This document shows positions 9,521 through 19,185 of a stretch of 64,000 bases of DNA, piece by piece. The translations under genes and the position numbers were made by a program. This DNA is from Acidobacteriota bacterium (GTDB lineage: Bacteria > Acidobacteriota > UBA890 > WLXD01), in NCBI GenBank assembly GCA_963666215.2, contig CAXWPL010000005.1, positions 960,001-1,024,000 on the forward strand, given 5' to 3'. The first letter of the stretch is position 1; each line of letters opens with the position of its first letter. The notes beneath the pieces were generated by a model. That model did not search any database. It was not told where the DNA came from and saw only the letters and a list, made by a program, of their open reading frames with translations.

Positions 9521-11977
9521 CTACTGGCCCGAAGCGTCGGCGCCCGCGGATGAGGTCTGGCGCTTGCGCACCACGAACAGGCCCTCGCGTCCCGACGTCA
9601 CCACCAGGAAGTCGTCGAAGAACGGGTAGTTGCTCCACGAGCCACCCCCCATGCCGGCGCCGTCTTCGCCCCACGGGACCGTGTCGAGGTAGCCGGCCGG
9701 CGCGATGTTCTCCGGGTCCGACACATCGAAGATCCGCAGGCCGGAGTCGTAGTTCGACTGGTACATCGTCGAACCATCGACGTAGAGGTTGTGGTCGACG
9801 GCCTTGTTGTCGGCGACGTACTCGCCAACCATGATCGGATCCTCGAGGTCACGAACATCCCAGATGAGGGTGCGCGTTCCCTCGACGAGGCCTTGAGCTT
9901 CATCACCCTCGTCGTTCATATAGAAGTAGCTGTGGTCCTCGGTCAGCCATCCCTGGTGGGTGTAGGCAACGTTGGGATACGTCGACATGCCCACCGGTAC
10001 CGGGTTGCGCTTGTCGGTGACGTCGGCAATCGAAAGCGCCGTCTCGTTCGACCCGAAGCACAGCTCGTGGCCGCTGTAGCGCTCGTCGGGTCCCGTATAG
10101 GTCACGCACTGCGCGTCGTGCGAATACCCGGTGCCGCGGCGACCGGTACGAACATCGGCGAAACAGCCGGCGAAGATCGGCTGCTGCGGATCCTCGATGT
10201 TGATCATGTGGAGCCCGCCGCCACAGGTCTCGCCGCCACCGCTGGCGCCGACGACGAAGGCGAATGCCGACTCCTCGTTGATGACGATGTTGTGAGCGCT
10301 GTTGATCTGGTCGTAGTGCGCGTCTTCTGTGAGCACCATGGGTGTGCCGTCAAACTCGCGCAGCCGTCGGAGGTCGAACACCTGCACGCCATGAACGCCC
10401 GCGCCGTCGGAGACGATGAAGGCGTGGTCGGCGTGAACCTTGATGTCGCGCCACACACTCGAGTTGGCGCCATCGGTCATCTCTAGCGTGCCGATGAAGA
10501 CCGGGTTGAGCGGATCGGTGACCTCAACGAACGAGGCGCGATCGGTCATCCCGACAAGCGCGTAATCGCGGCCGCTCTCCGGATCGGTCCACCCCCAGAT
10601 GTCGTTGGTGCGCACGCCGCGCGGGCCGCCCATCTCGTTGACGGGCATGAACGACAGCAACTCGACGTCCTCGCACGGGAAGCGGCCGATGCGCCCGTCG
10701 GTGCAGGTAACCGAGGCACCAGCAATGGCTTCCAGGCCGCGATACTCACTGACCACCCGAGCTCGATCCCAGCTGTCGTACACGCGCGTCATGATGACCG
10801 CCGATCCGGCGCCGAAGTCGGCGCCAGGGACACCGGCCACGATGAGCCCGTCGGCAACCGCCATCGAACCCGAGAAGCGCGCACGGCGGGACAGACCGGC
10901 GGCGCCGAGCTTGCGCATCGAGCGCACATTGTCGTCGTCGTCGAGTTCGAACTGGTAGATGGCGCCACGCCCGTCATCGGTGCTGGGAGCCGCAACGTAC
11001 AGCTCACGGCCGACCCTCGCGATGCTGCTGCCGAAGCCGAAGTCGGCGCCCTCGACGGGGAACAGGCTCGCGCCGCGAACCCACTCGCCCGAATCGTCGA
11101 GCGCAAAGCGGCGCACCGCGCCGAGCTCACCACCACGTGGCGACGGAGCACCGACGGCGGCGAAATCCGCCGTCAGCAGAATCGCCGACCCGAGACCATC
11201 GCCCGGTCGCGAGAAATCGTCGCCGAACTTCGCGACACGCTCCCAGCCGTCGCTGCCGCGCTTGAACACGTAGAGCAGCCCGGCCCGCCGGTTGGCGTCG
11301 GGCGCGCCAACCATCAGCCAGTCGCCGTTGATGGCGACCGCCGCACCGAAGCGTTCCGGCTGCGGGGGCTGTGGGGCTTCCCCGTCGCCGTCGTCACCCT
11401 CGGCCGCTTCGTCGCCCTCCTCCGCTTCGGGCTCGGGCTCGGGCTCGGGCTCGGGCCGGTCGCCCATCAGCGTCGCCGACATCGTCCACTCCTCGCCGGA
11501 GCGTGTGTAGACGTAGGCTTTGCCCCAGTTGTCGTCCGCCGAGGTGGCGCCGATCACGCTCGTGTTGCCGGCGATGGCAGTAGCGCCGAAGCGGACCCCT
11601 TCCTCGCTCGGAGAAAAGGTCCCAGCGGGGACCCACGTTCCGCCGTCGCGACGGAAGGCGTGGACCACGCCGTACGCACGCGTCGCGGCGGTTACCAGCA
11701 TCAGGTCGCCGTCGAGCGCGATCCGCGCGCCGAACCCGTCAGCCTCCATGGCGTCGGGAGCCTCGAGGCGTCCGACCTCCACCCAACCACCACGGCCTGT
11801 GCGGTAGATGTAGACGAAGCCCGGATCGACGGTGTTGCCCGACTCGCCGACGTAGACCTCGCCGTCGCCGATCGCGACCGACGAGGCGTATCCGCCTTGG
11901 GCGTACGCGGGAGTTGAAACAAGAGCGAGCACGGCAAGCGCACTCAGGGCTACGAGGGACGACTGGAACCTTTTCAT
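9521..11977 (-). CDS. Choice-of-anchor B family protein with N-terminal FG-GAP-like repeats (intact copy)
   Basis: Start MKRFQSS after GAGG; signal peptide; FGxxxA..GAP repeats; NDIWGWTDP, WRDIKV, SAHNIVINE, YTHQGWLT, DHNLYV and SWSNYPFF motifs. Confidence 0.88.
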   Translation of the reverse strand: MKRFQSSLVALSALAVLALVSTPAYAQGGYASSVAIGDGEVYVGESGNTVDPGFVYIYRTGRGGWVEVGRLEAPDAMEADGFGARIALDGDLMLVTAATRAYGVVHAFRRDGGTWVPAGTFSPSEEGVRFGATAIAGNTSVIGATSADDNWGKAYVYTRSGEEWTMSATLMGDRPEPEPEPEPEAEEGDEAAEGDDGDGEAPQPPQPERFGAAVAINGDWLMVGAPDANRRAGLLYVFKRGSDGWERVAKFGDDFSRPGDGLGSAILLTADFAAVGAPSPRGGELGAVRRFALDDSGEWVRGASLFPVEGADFGFGSSIARVGRELYVAAPSTDDGRGAIYQFELDDDDNVRSMRKLGAAGLSRRARFSGSMAVADGLIVAGVPGADFGAGSAVIMTRVYDSWDRARVVSEYRGLEAIAGASVTCTDGRIGRFPCEDVELLSFMPVNEMGGPRGVRTNDIWGWTDPESGRDYALVGMTDRASFVEVTDPLNPVFIGTLEMTDGANSSVWRDIKVHADHAFIVSDGAGVHGVQVFDLRRLREFDGTPMVLTEDAHYDQINSAHNIVINEESAFAFVVGASGGGETCGGGLHMINIEDPQQPIFAGCFADVRTGRRGTGYSHDAQCVTYTGPDERYSGHELCFGSNETALSIADVTDKRNPVPVGMSTYPNVAYTHQGWLTEDHSYFYMNDEGDEAQGLVEGTRTLIWDVRDLEDPIMVGEYVADNKAVDHNLYVDGSTMYQSNYDSGLRIFDVSDPENIAPAGYLDTVPWGEDGAGMGGGSWSNYPFFDDFLVVTSGREGLFVVRKRQTSSAGADASGQ
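11427..11456. repeat. (TCGGGC)5 microsatellite encoding a PEPEPE linker
   Basis: Read directly from the sequence. Confidence 0.9.
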
Positions 11978-12108
11978 GGAGACCTCGTGGGATGTGGCTC
12001 GTCTGCGCAGAGTCGGCGCGAGCCCCCCGGGGGAAAGGAATTGCGAACTCAACGCAGAGATTCTAGGAGAACGGGCCGCCAATCAAGCTCGCCGCGAAAG
12101 GCTATCTC

Positions 12109-13431
12109 CTACTCGACAGCCCCCACCGCGGAAACGATGCGCGAGACGAACAGCCCCGGCAGGTTGGGCGACGGGCTTTCGTCGAAGATATTCCAGGCGT
12201 TGAAGACGCCAACGAGATCGTACTCGGGAGCCACCAGAACGTACTGACCACCATAGCCCATGCCGCCGTACACGAACGGGCGACCCGCCAACCCGTCGCT
12301 GATGATCCACCACTGGAAGCCGTAGCCCAGGGTGCTGTTCGGGTTGCGCGGCGAGGTGTCGGACACCCAGGCCCGCACCGAGCGCTCCACCCAACGCTCC
12401 GGGAGGATTCGCTGCCCCGCCCATACGCCGTCGTGCAGATAGCGGTAGCCGATCTTTGCGAGGTCGCGCGGCTTCAGGTACAGACCACCCTCGGTGTCGG
12501 GAAGGCCTTTGGGCGTCTTCTTCCAGTGGTACTCGGTGATACCGAGAGGGCCGAACAGATAGCGCTCGGCGTACTCATCGATCGTCTCACCGGTGGCCTC
12601 CTTGATGATCGCCGAAAGTAGATGACTGTTGCCGCTGTTGTAGACGAACGTGGAGCCCGGCTGAGTGGCCATCGGCTTGTCGAGGACGAACTGAACCCAG
12701 TCGTCGGACTTCTCGAGCTGCGCACAATCGTTGCGTGTGCTGGTGTAGGGAGCGCTCCACTCATCCCACGCGAAGCCGGCACGCATGGTCAGCATGTCGT
12801 GCAACGTCATCGACGACTTGCGGCCGTCGGGATTCTCGAACTGGCGCTCGAAGAAGAACGACATCGCGTGCACGTCGGTGCTCTCGATCTCGCCGCGGGC
12901 GATGGCGATGCCGATGAGGGCTGACGTCACGCTTTTGGTAACCGACTGCAAGGTATGCAGGTCGCTGCCCTTGAGGTAGGGGTGCCAGTCGGGGTGATAG
13001 TAGTTGTACTGATGGCGCGAGCGATCGGTGTCGGCGCTGATCTGCTCGTAGTTGAGCTCATAGAGGTGGTCGGCAACCACCCGGCCACGGCGAATAACCA
13101 GCATCGCGTCCACGTTGCCGTGGTCGCCGGCGCGGAACTCGGCGTCGAGCTGCTCGAGGGCTGCCGCGTTGATACCCATCTCCGAGGGCGACGCCACCGG
13201 CCAGCCAGTGGTCGGCCACACCAAGGTGCCGCCCTCCTGTGCCGACGCCGGTCCGAGCGGCGCTGAAAGAGTGAGCACGAATGCAAGTTCGAGCGCGAAC
13301 TTCGCCGCCTGTCTGAGGGCACGGTGGCCGCGATGCTCGCGACGCCCAGACGACCAGCGAGTGTTGATCTTCGTCATGGCTGAATCAGGCCTCCACGATT
13401 TCGAGCGGTGGGTACTCGCGCCAACGTCCAC
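12109..13431 (-). CDS. Serine hydrolase, beta-lactamase/class C-like family
   Basis: SVTK (SxxK), YNS, LKPRDLAKIG, YGFQWW and GYGGQ motifs; signal peptide; true start probably 13377 or later. Confidence 0.88.
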   Translation of the reverse strand: MDVGASTHRSKSWRPDSAMTKINTRWSSGRREHRGHRALRQAAKFALELAFVLTLSAPLGPASAQEGGTLVWPTTGWPVASPSEMGINAAALEQLDAEFRAGDHGNVDAMLVIRRGRVVADHLYELNYEQISADTDRSRHQYNYYHPDWHPYLKGSDLHTLQSVTKSVTSALIGIAIARGEIESTDVHAMSFFFERQFENPDGRKSSMTLHDMLTMRAGFAWDEWSAPYTSTRNDCAQLEKSDDWVQFVLDKPMATQPGSTFVYNSGNSHLLSAIIKEATGETIDEYAERYLFGPLGITEYHWKKTPKGLPDTEGGLYLKPRDLAKIGYRYLHDGVWAGQRILPERWVERSVRAWVSDTSPRNPNSTLGYGFQWWIISDGLAGRPFVYGGMGYGGQYVLVAPEYDLVGVFNAWNIFDESPSPNLPGLFVSRIVSAVGAVE

Positions 13432-14848
13432 GCGTGAAGTCGGGGAAGGCTACAGGGTCGCTGCCGGCGGCGACCGAGCGCTCCGACAGCTCCGTCACGG
13501 CGCTCAGGGCAACCGCGTCGTAGACGTCCATGTCGAGCGCAAGGCCCTGTCGTAGGCAATGGATCATCCGCCAATCCTCAACAAAGTCCATGCCGCCGTG
13601 ACCGGCGCCCGTCGACTCGTCGTGCAGCGCCGCCCACAGCGGATGCTCGAATTCGTCGAAATAACCCGCCGCCTCGGTCCAGCTGTGCGGCTCGCCTCGC
13701 CCCTCGATGTAGACCCGATCGGGGTAGCCCTGGAAGATACCGCGCGTTCCCTGGATCTGGTTGATGCGGCTGTACGGCCGCGGCAGGTTGGTGTCGTGGC
13801 CGACGTAGATCGTGTAACCCAGCGCGGTCTTGATCAGCGAGCCGTTGACGTCGCCAAGCACATAGCTTTCCTGCCGCTTGGCATGCCCTTCCGGATAGTG
13901 TGTTGCCGCCCATTCCTGCAGGCCGCGAGACGGACTCGACATCGAAACCAGGTGGTCGAAACGATCACCGCGGTTGATGTTCATGCACTGAGCTACCGGT
14001 CCAAGCCCGTGGGTGGGGTACAGGTTGCCGTCGCGCTCCTTGGCGTGCTCTCGTCGCCACAGCCCTTCGCCGGTGTCGGCGAACTTGATCTCGCGGAGAT
14101 CATGCAGATATCCGCATTCGGCGTGGACGATCTCGCCAAGCAGCCCGCGGCGCACCAAGTTCAGCGCCAGCAGCTCGGAGCGCCCGTAGCAGACGTTTTC
14201 CATCATCACGCAGTGCAGCGCGTGCTTCTCGGCGTTCTCGACGAGCTGCCAGCAGTCTTCAATTGAGATCGCGGCTGGCACTTCGGTAGCCGCATGTTTG
14301 CCGTTGGTCATGGCGGCAACACACACGGGAACATGCCAGCGCCATGGAGTGGCGGTGTAGACAAGATCGAGGTCCTCGTTCTCGCAAAGACGTACGAAAT
14401 CCGTTTCGCCAGCCGTGTACAGCGTCGGACGCGGCGACCCCGCTTCCTCGAGGAGAGTCGCCGCGCGCTCGGCGTGGGCCGGCTCGATGTCACAAATAGC
14501 GGTAACGCGACAGCCGTCGATGCGGCTCAGGTTGCGGATGTGCGCGGTGCCCATGCCTCCCACGCCCACGAAGCCAATCCGCACCTCATCAATCGGGTCG
14601 GCGGCCAGACGCGCCGCAGGTGCTGGACCCAGCTCGGCTCCACGGTCAACAACCGCGGCCGGGAAGCGCTCGCTGAGGCCGGTCGCAGCCGCGCCAGATC
14701 GTGCCCTCGAAGCGGGCGGTGCGCCCGGAGTACGGCAACCGGTCGTACCCGCGGCCACGACACCGGTAACCCCGGCGACCCCGATCTTGAGCAGATCTCG
14801 GCGCGACGTACCACCCTCTGGACTTGCTGGCGTTCGACCTTGGCTCAT
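13385..14848 (-). CDS. Gfo/Idh/MocA-family NAD-dependent glycosidase, GH109 (alpha-N-acetylgalactosaminidase-like), Tat-exported
   Basis: SRRDLLK Tat motif; GVGGMG Rossmann motif; ATPWRWH, ATEVP, MMENVCY, YPTHGLGP, HDTNLPRPY and GHGGMD motifs. The extension to 15709 in the ORF track is spurious. Confidence 0.85.
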   Translation of the reverse strand: MSQGRTPASPEGGTSRRDLLKIGVAGVTGVVAAGTTGCRTPGAPPASRARSGAAATGLSERFPAAVVDRGAELGPAPAARLAADPIDEVRIGFVGVGGMGTAHIRNLSRIDGCRVTAICDIEPAHAERAATLLEEAGSPRPTLYTAGETDFVRLCENEDLDLVYTATPWRWHVPVCVAAMTNGKHAATEVPAAISIEDCWQLVENAEKHALHCVMMENVCYGRSELLALNLVRRGLLGEIVHAECGYLHDLREIKFADTGEGLWRREHAKERDGNLYPTHGLGPVAQCMNINRGDRFDHLVSMSSPSRGLQEWAATHYPEGHAKRQESYVLGDVNGSLIKTALGYTIYVGHDTNLPRPYSRINQIQGTRGIFQGYPDRVYIEGRGEPHSWTEAAGYFDEFEHPLWAALHDESTGAGHGGMDFVEDWRMIHCLRQGLALDMDVYDAVALSAVTELSERSVAAGSDPVAFPDFTRGRWREYPPLEIVEA

Positions 14849-14988
14849 CGCTTCCCCTCGAAGTGGGTCGTTGGAACTTTTCAATATCTGAGGCCGCCGG
14901 TAGGCACGCGGTCGAGGTCTCCCGACCGGCGCGGTCCAGAGCCCCATGGGCCGCTGTGGGTGGACGCATTCCACTACGATTCGGCTCC

Positions 14989-15828
14989 ATGAGCCAGACT
15001 TCATGCCCCAGATCGCATGAACCCGATCGCGTAAAACCGATCCCGGGCACCAGCAAGCTAAGGGTCTTCGTCGGCGACGTCCAGGGCTGCGCCGACGAGC
15101 TCGAAGACCTGCTGGCTGCAATCCCGTTTGATTCCGATCGGCACGAGCTGTGGTTCGCGGGCGACATCGTGAATCGCGGTCCGGATTCGCTCGCGGCGCT
15201 GCGCAGGGTAGTGGCTCTGGGAGCCGGCGCCGTGATCGGCAACCACGATCTGCACCTCCTTGCGATCGCCGAAGGAGTGCGTCGCCTGCGGGCCGGCGAC
15301 ACGCTCGAAGAGCTTCTGGCTGCCGGCGACAAGCCAGAGCTCCTGAAGTGGCTCCGAGCCAGGCCTCTACGCGTGACATGGAGCGACATCGTGCTCGTGC
15401 ACGCCGGGCTGCACCCGAGCTGGAAACCACCACAGCCGGAGCGTCGACAGGCCGGAGATGAGGCGCCGCCTCTTCCGATCGAGACCCGCGTCGCCTGGTT
15501 GGGCGATCCGTACACCAACCCCGAAGTGCGCTTCGCAACGACCGTGCGCCACTGCGACGCCTACGGGAAGCAACCCGAAAGAGGAGACAGCCCGTCATCC
15601 CCCGGGTCCAAGTTGCCAGGGCGGTTTCGACGGTGGGACGAGCTCTACGGTGGCGATCACACCGTTGTATTCGGCCACTGGGCAGCGCGTGGCCTGGTGA
15701 AGGCGTCACGCTTGCGAGGGCTCGACACCGGGTGCGTATGGGGCGGCGAGCTCACCGCCTGGATCGCGGAGGAGGACCGCTTCGTGTCGGTGCCGGCGCG
15801 ACGCGCCTACGCCTCACCCGACGGCTGA
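14989..15828 (+). CDS. apaH: Symmetrical bis(5'-nucleosyl)-tetraphosphatase
   Basis: GDVQGC, GDIVNRGPDS, GNHDLHLL, VHAG, FGHWAA and LDTGCVWGG motifs; start approximate. Confidence 0.85.
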   Translation: MSQTSCPRSHEPDRVKPIPGTSKLRVFVGDVQGCADELEDLLAAIPFDSDRHELWFAGDIVNRGPDSLAALRRVVALGAGAVIGNHDLHLLAIAEGVRRLRAGDTLEELLAAGDKPELLKWLRARPLRVTWSDIVLVHAGLHPSWKPPQPERRQAGDEAPPLPIETRVAWLGDPYTNPEVRFATTVRHCDAYGKQPERGDSPSSPGSKLPGRFRRWDELYGGDHTVVFGHWAARGLVKASRLRGLDTGCVWGGELTAWIAEEDRFVSVPARRAYASPDG

Positions 15829-16802
15829 CCGTCGCGCTGGCGTACCGCCTCGCCACCGTCAATACCCTGTGCCAGCCACGGCCCGGCGGCACTGGGCTCG
15901 AAGCCACGGCGAAAGTAACTCGCGGCCAAGACCGCCTCACTCACACCGGCTTGAATCCACGACACAGCGGTCGACACGTCGGCTCCGAAAGCCACCCACT
16001 GCCCGGCATCGTACGGCGACAGGCCGGCCTCCTCCCAGCCGACGGATTCGGCCACCGGTACACCAGCGTCGGCATAGTCGAACCGACCCGTGTACATGCT
16101 GACGACGTGTCGAACATCCAGCAGCCGAGCGCGGATCAGCTCAGGCGCAAGCAGCGATTCATCCCAGAGCTCCTCCACGACGTCGTCGCACGACCTGGCC
16201 GACGCTCCGGCGAGGCACTCGAAGATCTGCCGCGACAGCAGCGCCGCCGCCGCCGCACGCTCGACTAGTGGACGGTGCCGCTCAGCAACATCCGACTCGT
16301 TCATGACTGTCCCCCAACTGACGCACCCACGCAGGTGGTGCTCGCTGGCGCTCCTGATCTCGCAGAGTGCAGCCGCTCGCAGGTTACGCGCGTGCCGATC
16401 GCGGCGCAGCTCGTCGACACCTTGGTGGGCCTGCAGCTGCGAACACAGCGATCGCGCGCGGAGCTCGTAGACGTGGAGCAGGCTCTGGGCAGCGGTGGCA
16501 TCGGAGTTCAAGGCCGGCTTTTCGGCCAGGCGGAACAGCGGCCGGCGCTCGAGGAAACGAGTCCACCACAGATTGATTCGCCGAATGACCGCCACCGAAT
16601 CGCGCACATGAGTGTCGGGATCGGCGGCTCCACGTAGCCAGCCGAGCGCGGAGTTGAACACGTAGCGCCCCTGATAGACCGACAACAGCATGTTGATGAA
16701 CGCGTGCGAAACCTGCAGATCGCGCCGCAACGACGGCGAGACCGCAGGCCAAGACGGCCTGTTGCTCGTCGGCTCGGCGGCCACCGTGGGCTGTAGGATC
16801 AC
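15807..16802 (-). CDS. Hypothetical protein with C-terminal 13-aa W-x3-G repeats (paralog of 41918-42943)
   Basis: 331-aa ORF with GGAG before the GTG start. It shares DLxVSHAFIN, WW..F....PLF, LCE and SxYTGxFDYADAG with the second copy, which supports it being a real gene. Confidence 0.8.
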   Translation of the reverse strand: MILQPTVAAEPTSNRPSWPAVSPSLRRDLQVSHAFINMLLSVYQGRYVFNSALGWLRGAADPDTHVRDSVAVIRRINLWWTRFLERRPLFRLAEKPALNSDATAAQSLLHVYELRARSLCSQLQAHQGVDELRRDRHARNLRAAALCEIRSASEHHLRGCVSWGTVMNESDVAERHRPLVERAAAAALLSRQIFECLAGASARSCDDVVEELWDESLLAPELIRARLLDVRHVVSMYTGRFDYADAGVPVAESVGWEEAGLSPYDAGQWVAFGADVSTAVSWIQAGVSEAVLAASYFRRGFEPSAAGPWLAQGIDGGEAVRQRDGQPSGEA

Positions 16803-16839
16803 GCTCGATCTCCGCGTTCTTGTGGTCGTTCAGAGACTG

Positions 16840-16890
16840 TTAATACTATCAAAAGATATTAAAAGATAGTATAGGATATCCACAAATATC
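16840..16890. promoter_or_regulatory. AT-rich element with an 8-bp inverted repeat (ATACTATC-N14-GATAGTAT) and 10-bp-phased GATA repeats
   Basis: Arms at 16843-16850 and 16865-16872; consecutive decamers AAAAGATATT, AAAAGATAGT, ATAGGATATC, CACAAATATC; lies between divergent genes. Confidence 0.6.
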
Positions 16891-16981
16891 AGGACGCAGT
16901 CCATCGACCTCGAAGTGCGTCGCCGTGGCGTGACGGCCTTCAGTTGGATAAAGTCGGGTAACTCTGAGGAGGCTCCCCACC

Positions 16982-18501
16982 ATGAAACGGTCCCGCTCGC
17001 TCGTGTCCAAACCGCTCCCCCTGCTGCTCCGCTCGCTGCGCCCCCCGAGAAGCTTCGCCCGCGCCGCTGGCACACACTCGGCGTTGTCGCCCGCTTCGAC
17101 GCCGTCCGTGGCGCCATGTACGAGTCGGGGCTACTCGTCCCCGGACTCGTCCTGGGCGACATCGCGGCAGTCGCGCGTGCGGCCATGGCAAAGGGAAAGT
17201 GGCAGGACAGCGTCGGGCAAGAGCAAGTTCTCACCGAGGCGCTGAGCGCCCAGTTGGAGGATCTGCTGGGCGCCGACAGGTGGACCAGCTTCGCCGCAAT
17301 CGGGCCGCTGTGGTATCGCGGACTCGCAAGGCTGCCCGACACCTCTCTGGCAATCTACCTCGAGGGCGTCGACGAGATCCGCGGCGGGGTGCGCTTCGTC
17401 ACGGCCCACTCGGTACTACCCGAGCACCGCGTAAAGTCCCGCCTGGGTGGACGCTCGTTTCTGATCGATACGGGCATGCTGGCCGCTTTCTATCAGGGAC
17501 AGCCGTCGGCACTCGAGATCGTCGACGGCACCGTCACCGCGATCTACGTCGGCGAGCGCGAGGTGCTCGTCGGTGGACCCGCGGCTCTGACCAACGATCC
17601 CCATGCCCCGGTGATGAGCGCGCCGGAGCCGTTCCTCGGCACCTCCCTGCCCTCGAGCTGGCCCGCCGGTCTCGCCCCGCAGGCTGCTCCCGCGACAGCT
17701 GCTCAGAGCTCGTCGGCTCTGTCGTGGCCAGGCATCGACGGCAAGCCACTGCCGTTCAGCACCTACGCCGAGCTCGAGGCATTTCTCGCCAGCGCGAAGA
17801 TCACCGACGATGAAAAGATCGAGGTTGGCGTAACAAAACCACGCAAGGTGGCTCTCGAGCACAACGGCGTGCGGGCCAACGCCATATTCCGCGACATCGA
17901 CGACACCCAGCGCCGCGTACGCCTGTCGTCAGGCGAATTCACGATGGAGCTGCGCGACAACTACGCGTTCGAGTGTGCTGCCTACGAGTTGGCCCGGGCA
18001 CTGTCGCTCGAAGTGGTGCCGCCAGCAGTGTTGCGCAGTCAGGGCAGCAAGCGAGGCTCGATACAGATCTGGGTCGAGAACGCCTTCATGGAACAAGACC
18101 GGTTGCGCGACGGTCGTCGACCGCCAGGAGCGATGCGCTTTCGCCGCCAGGTGCAAACAATGAAGGCATTCGACTTCCTTATCGCCAACGACGACCGCAA
18201 CGCCGGCAACATCCTCTACGATGCCGACTGGCGGATGTGGCTCATCGATCACACGCGGGCCTTCCAGCGCGACCTCGCCAAGACCAACGTTGTTGAGGGA
18301 ATCACGATAATCGAAGCCCCGCTCTGGGAAGCCTTGCAGAGCTGGGATGCGGCGGCAATCGAGCTGCTGCTCGACCCGTACCTCGATGGCAGACAGATTG
18401 AGGCCGTCAACGAACGCCGCGACGCACTGGTGACCCGCCTGCAAACACTGATTGAACAGCGCGGCGTGGGCGCCGTGGTGATGGTAGCCGGAACCGACTG
18501 A
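16982..18501 (+). CDS. Partial metallophosphoesterase fused to an atypical (PI3K/HipA-like) kinase domain; 5' end disrupted
   Basis: GAGGAGG and ATG at 16982 are out of frame with the long ORF (16915-18501). The ORF has GPLWYRG, AHS and IDTGM..YQG.PSALEI (phosphoesterase C-half) and FDFLIANDDRNAGN..LIDHTRAF (kinase-like). Confidence 0.65.
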
Positions 18502-18546
18502 CCCGCCAGCAGGGTCAACCGACGACGCTTTCGAGGGAGGCTTATC

Positions 18547-19176
18547 TTGCAGTTCGACGTTCTGTCGTTCGGTGACAGCCAGCCGATGCCGGCCGAGCTG
18601 GCATTCTGCGTGCCCGACCCTGACAGCCGGATCGCGCTCGGGCCCAATCGCAGCCCGCACGTACGTTGGTCGGAGCTTCCCGATGGAACGCGCTCGCTGG
18701 CCCTGATCTGCCACGACCCCGACGTGCCGTCCGTGGGCGACGACGTCAACCAGCAGGGGCGGACGATCGCGGACGACCTGCCGCGCGTCGATTTCTACCA
18801 CTGGGTGCTGGTCGATATCCCGCTCAGCGTGAACGAGCTCCCGGAGGGCCTCGACTCGGATGGAGTGACGGCGCAGGGCAAGGCCCGTGGCCTCACGGAA
18901 TACGGCCTGCGCGGTATCAACGACTACACGAGCTGGTTTGCAGCCGATGTCGACATGTCGGGCGACTACGGCGGTTATGACGGCCCCTGTCCACCGTGGA
19001 ACGACGAGCGTCTGCACCACTACATCTTCACGCTCTACGCGCTCAGCGTACGAACGCTCGGTCTCGGCGGCAGCTTCGGCGGCTCAGACGCACTCGCCGC
19101 CATGCGCGACAACGTCCTCGACAAAGCCACGCACTGCGGCACCTACACGCTGAACCCGAGCCTGCGCGCCGGATAG
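18547..19176 (+). CDS. YbhB/YbcL family PEBP (Raf-kinase-inhibitor-like) protein
   Basis: NRSPHVRW, CHDPDVP, FYHWVLVD, YDGPCPP and HHYIFTLYAL motifs. Confidence 0.92.
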   Translation: MQFDVLSFGDSQPMPAELAFCVPDPDSRIALGPNRSPHVRWSELPDGTRSLALICHDPDVPSVGDDVNQQGRTIADDLPRVDFYHWVLVDIPLSVNELPEGLDSDGVTAQGKARGLTEYGLRGINDYTSWFAADVDMSGDYGGYDGPCPPWNDERLHHYIFTLYALSVRTLGLGGSFGGSDALAAMRDNVLDKATHCGTYTLNPSLRAG

Positions 19177-19185
19177 CGAGCCGAG

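Noticed and set aside
12109-13431. Calling the serine hydrolase an antibiotic-resistance beta-lactamase
   Set aside because: It has YNS rather than YxN and no KTG; family membership does not imply resistance.
14849-15709. N-terminal extension of the GH109 ORF
   Set aside because: It overlaps apaH on the opposite strand, and the Tat signal places the start at 14848.
16816-16831. GTTC-N8-GTTC near the start of W-repeat copy 1 as a LexA box
   Set aside because: The direct-repeat LexA box I know is GTTC-N7-GTTC; the spacing is off by one and copy 2 has no equivalent.
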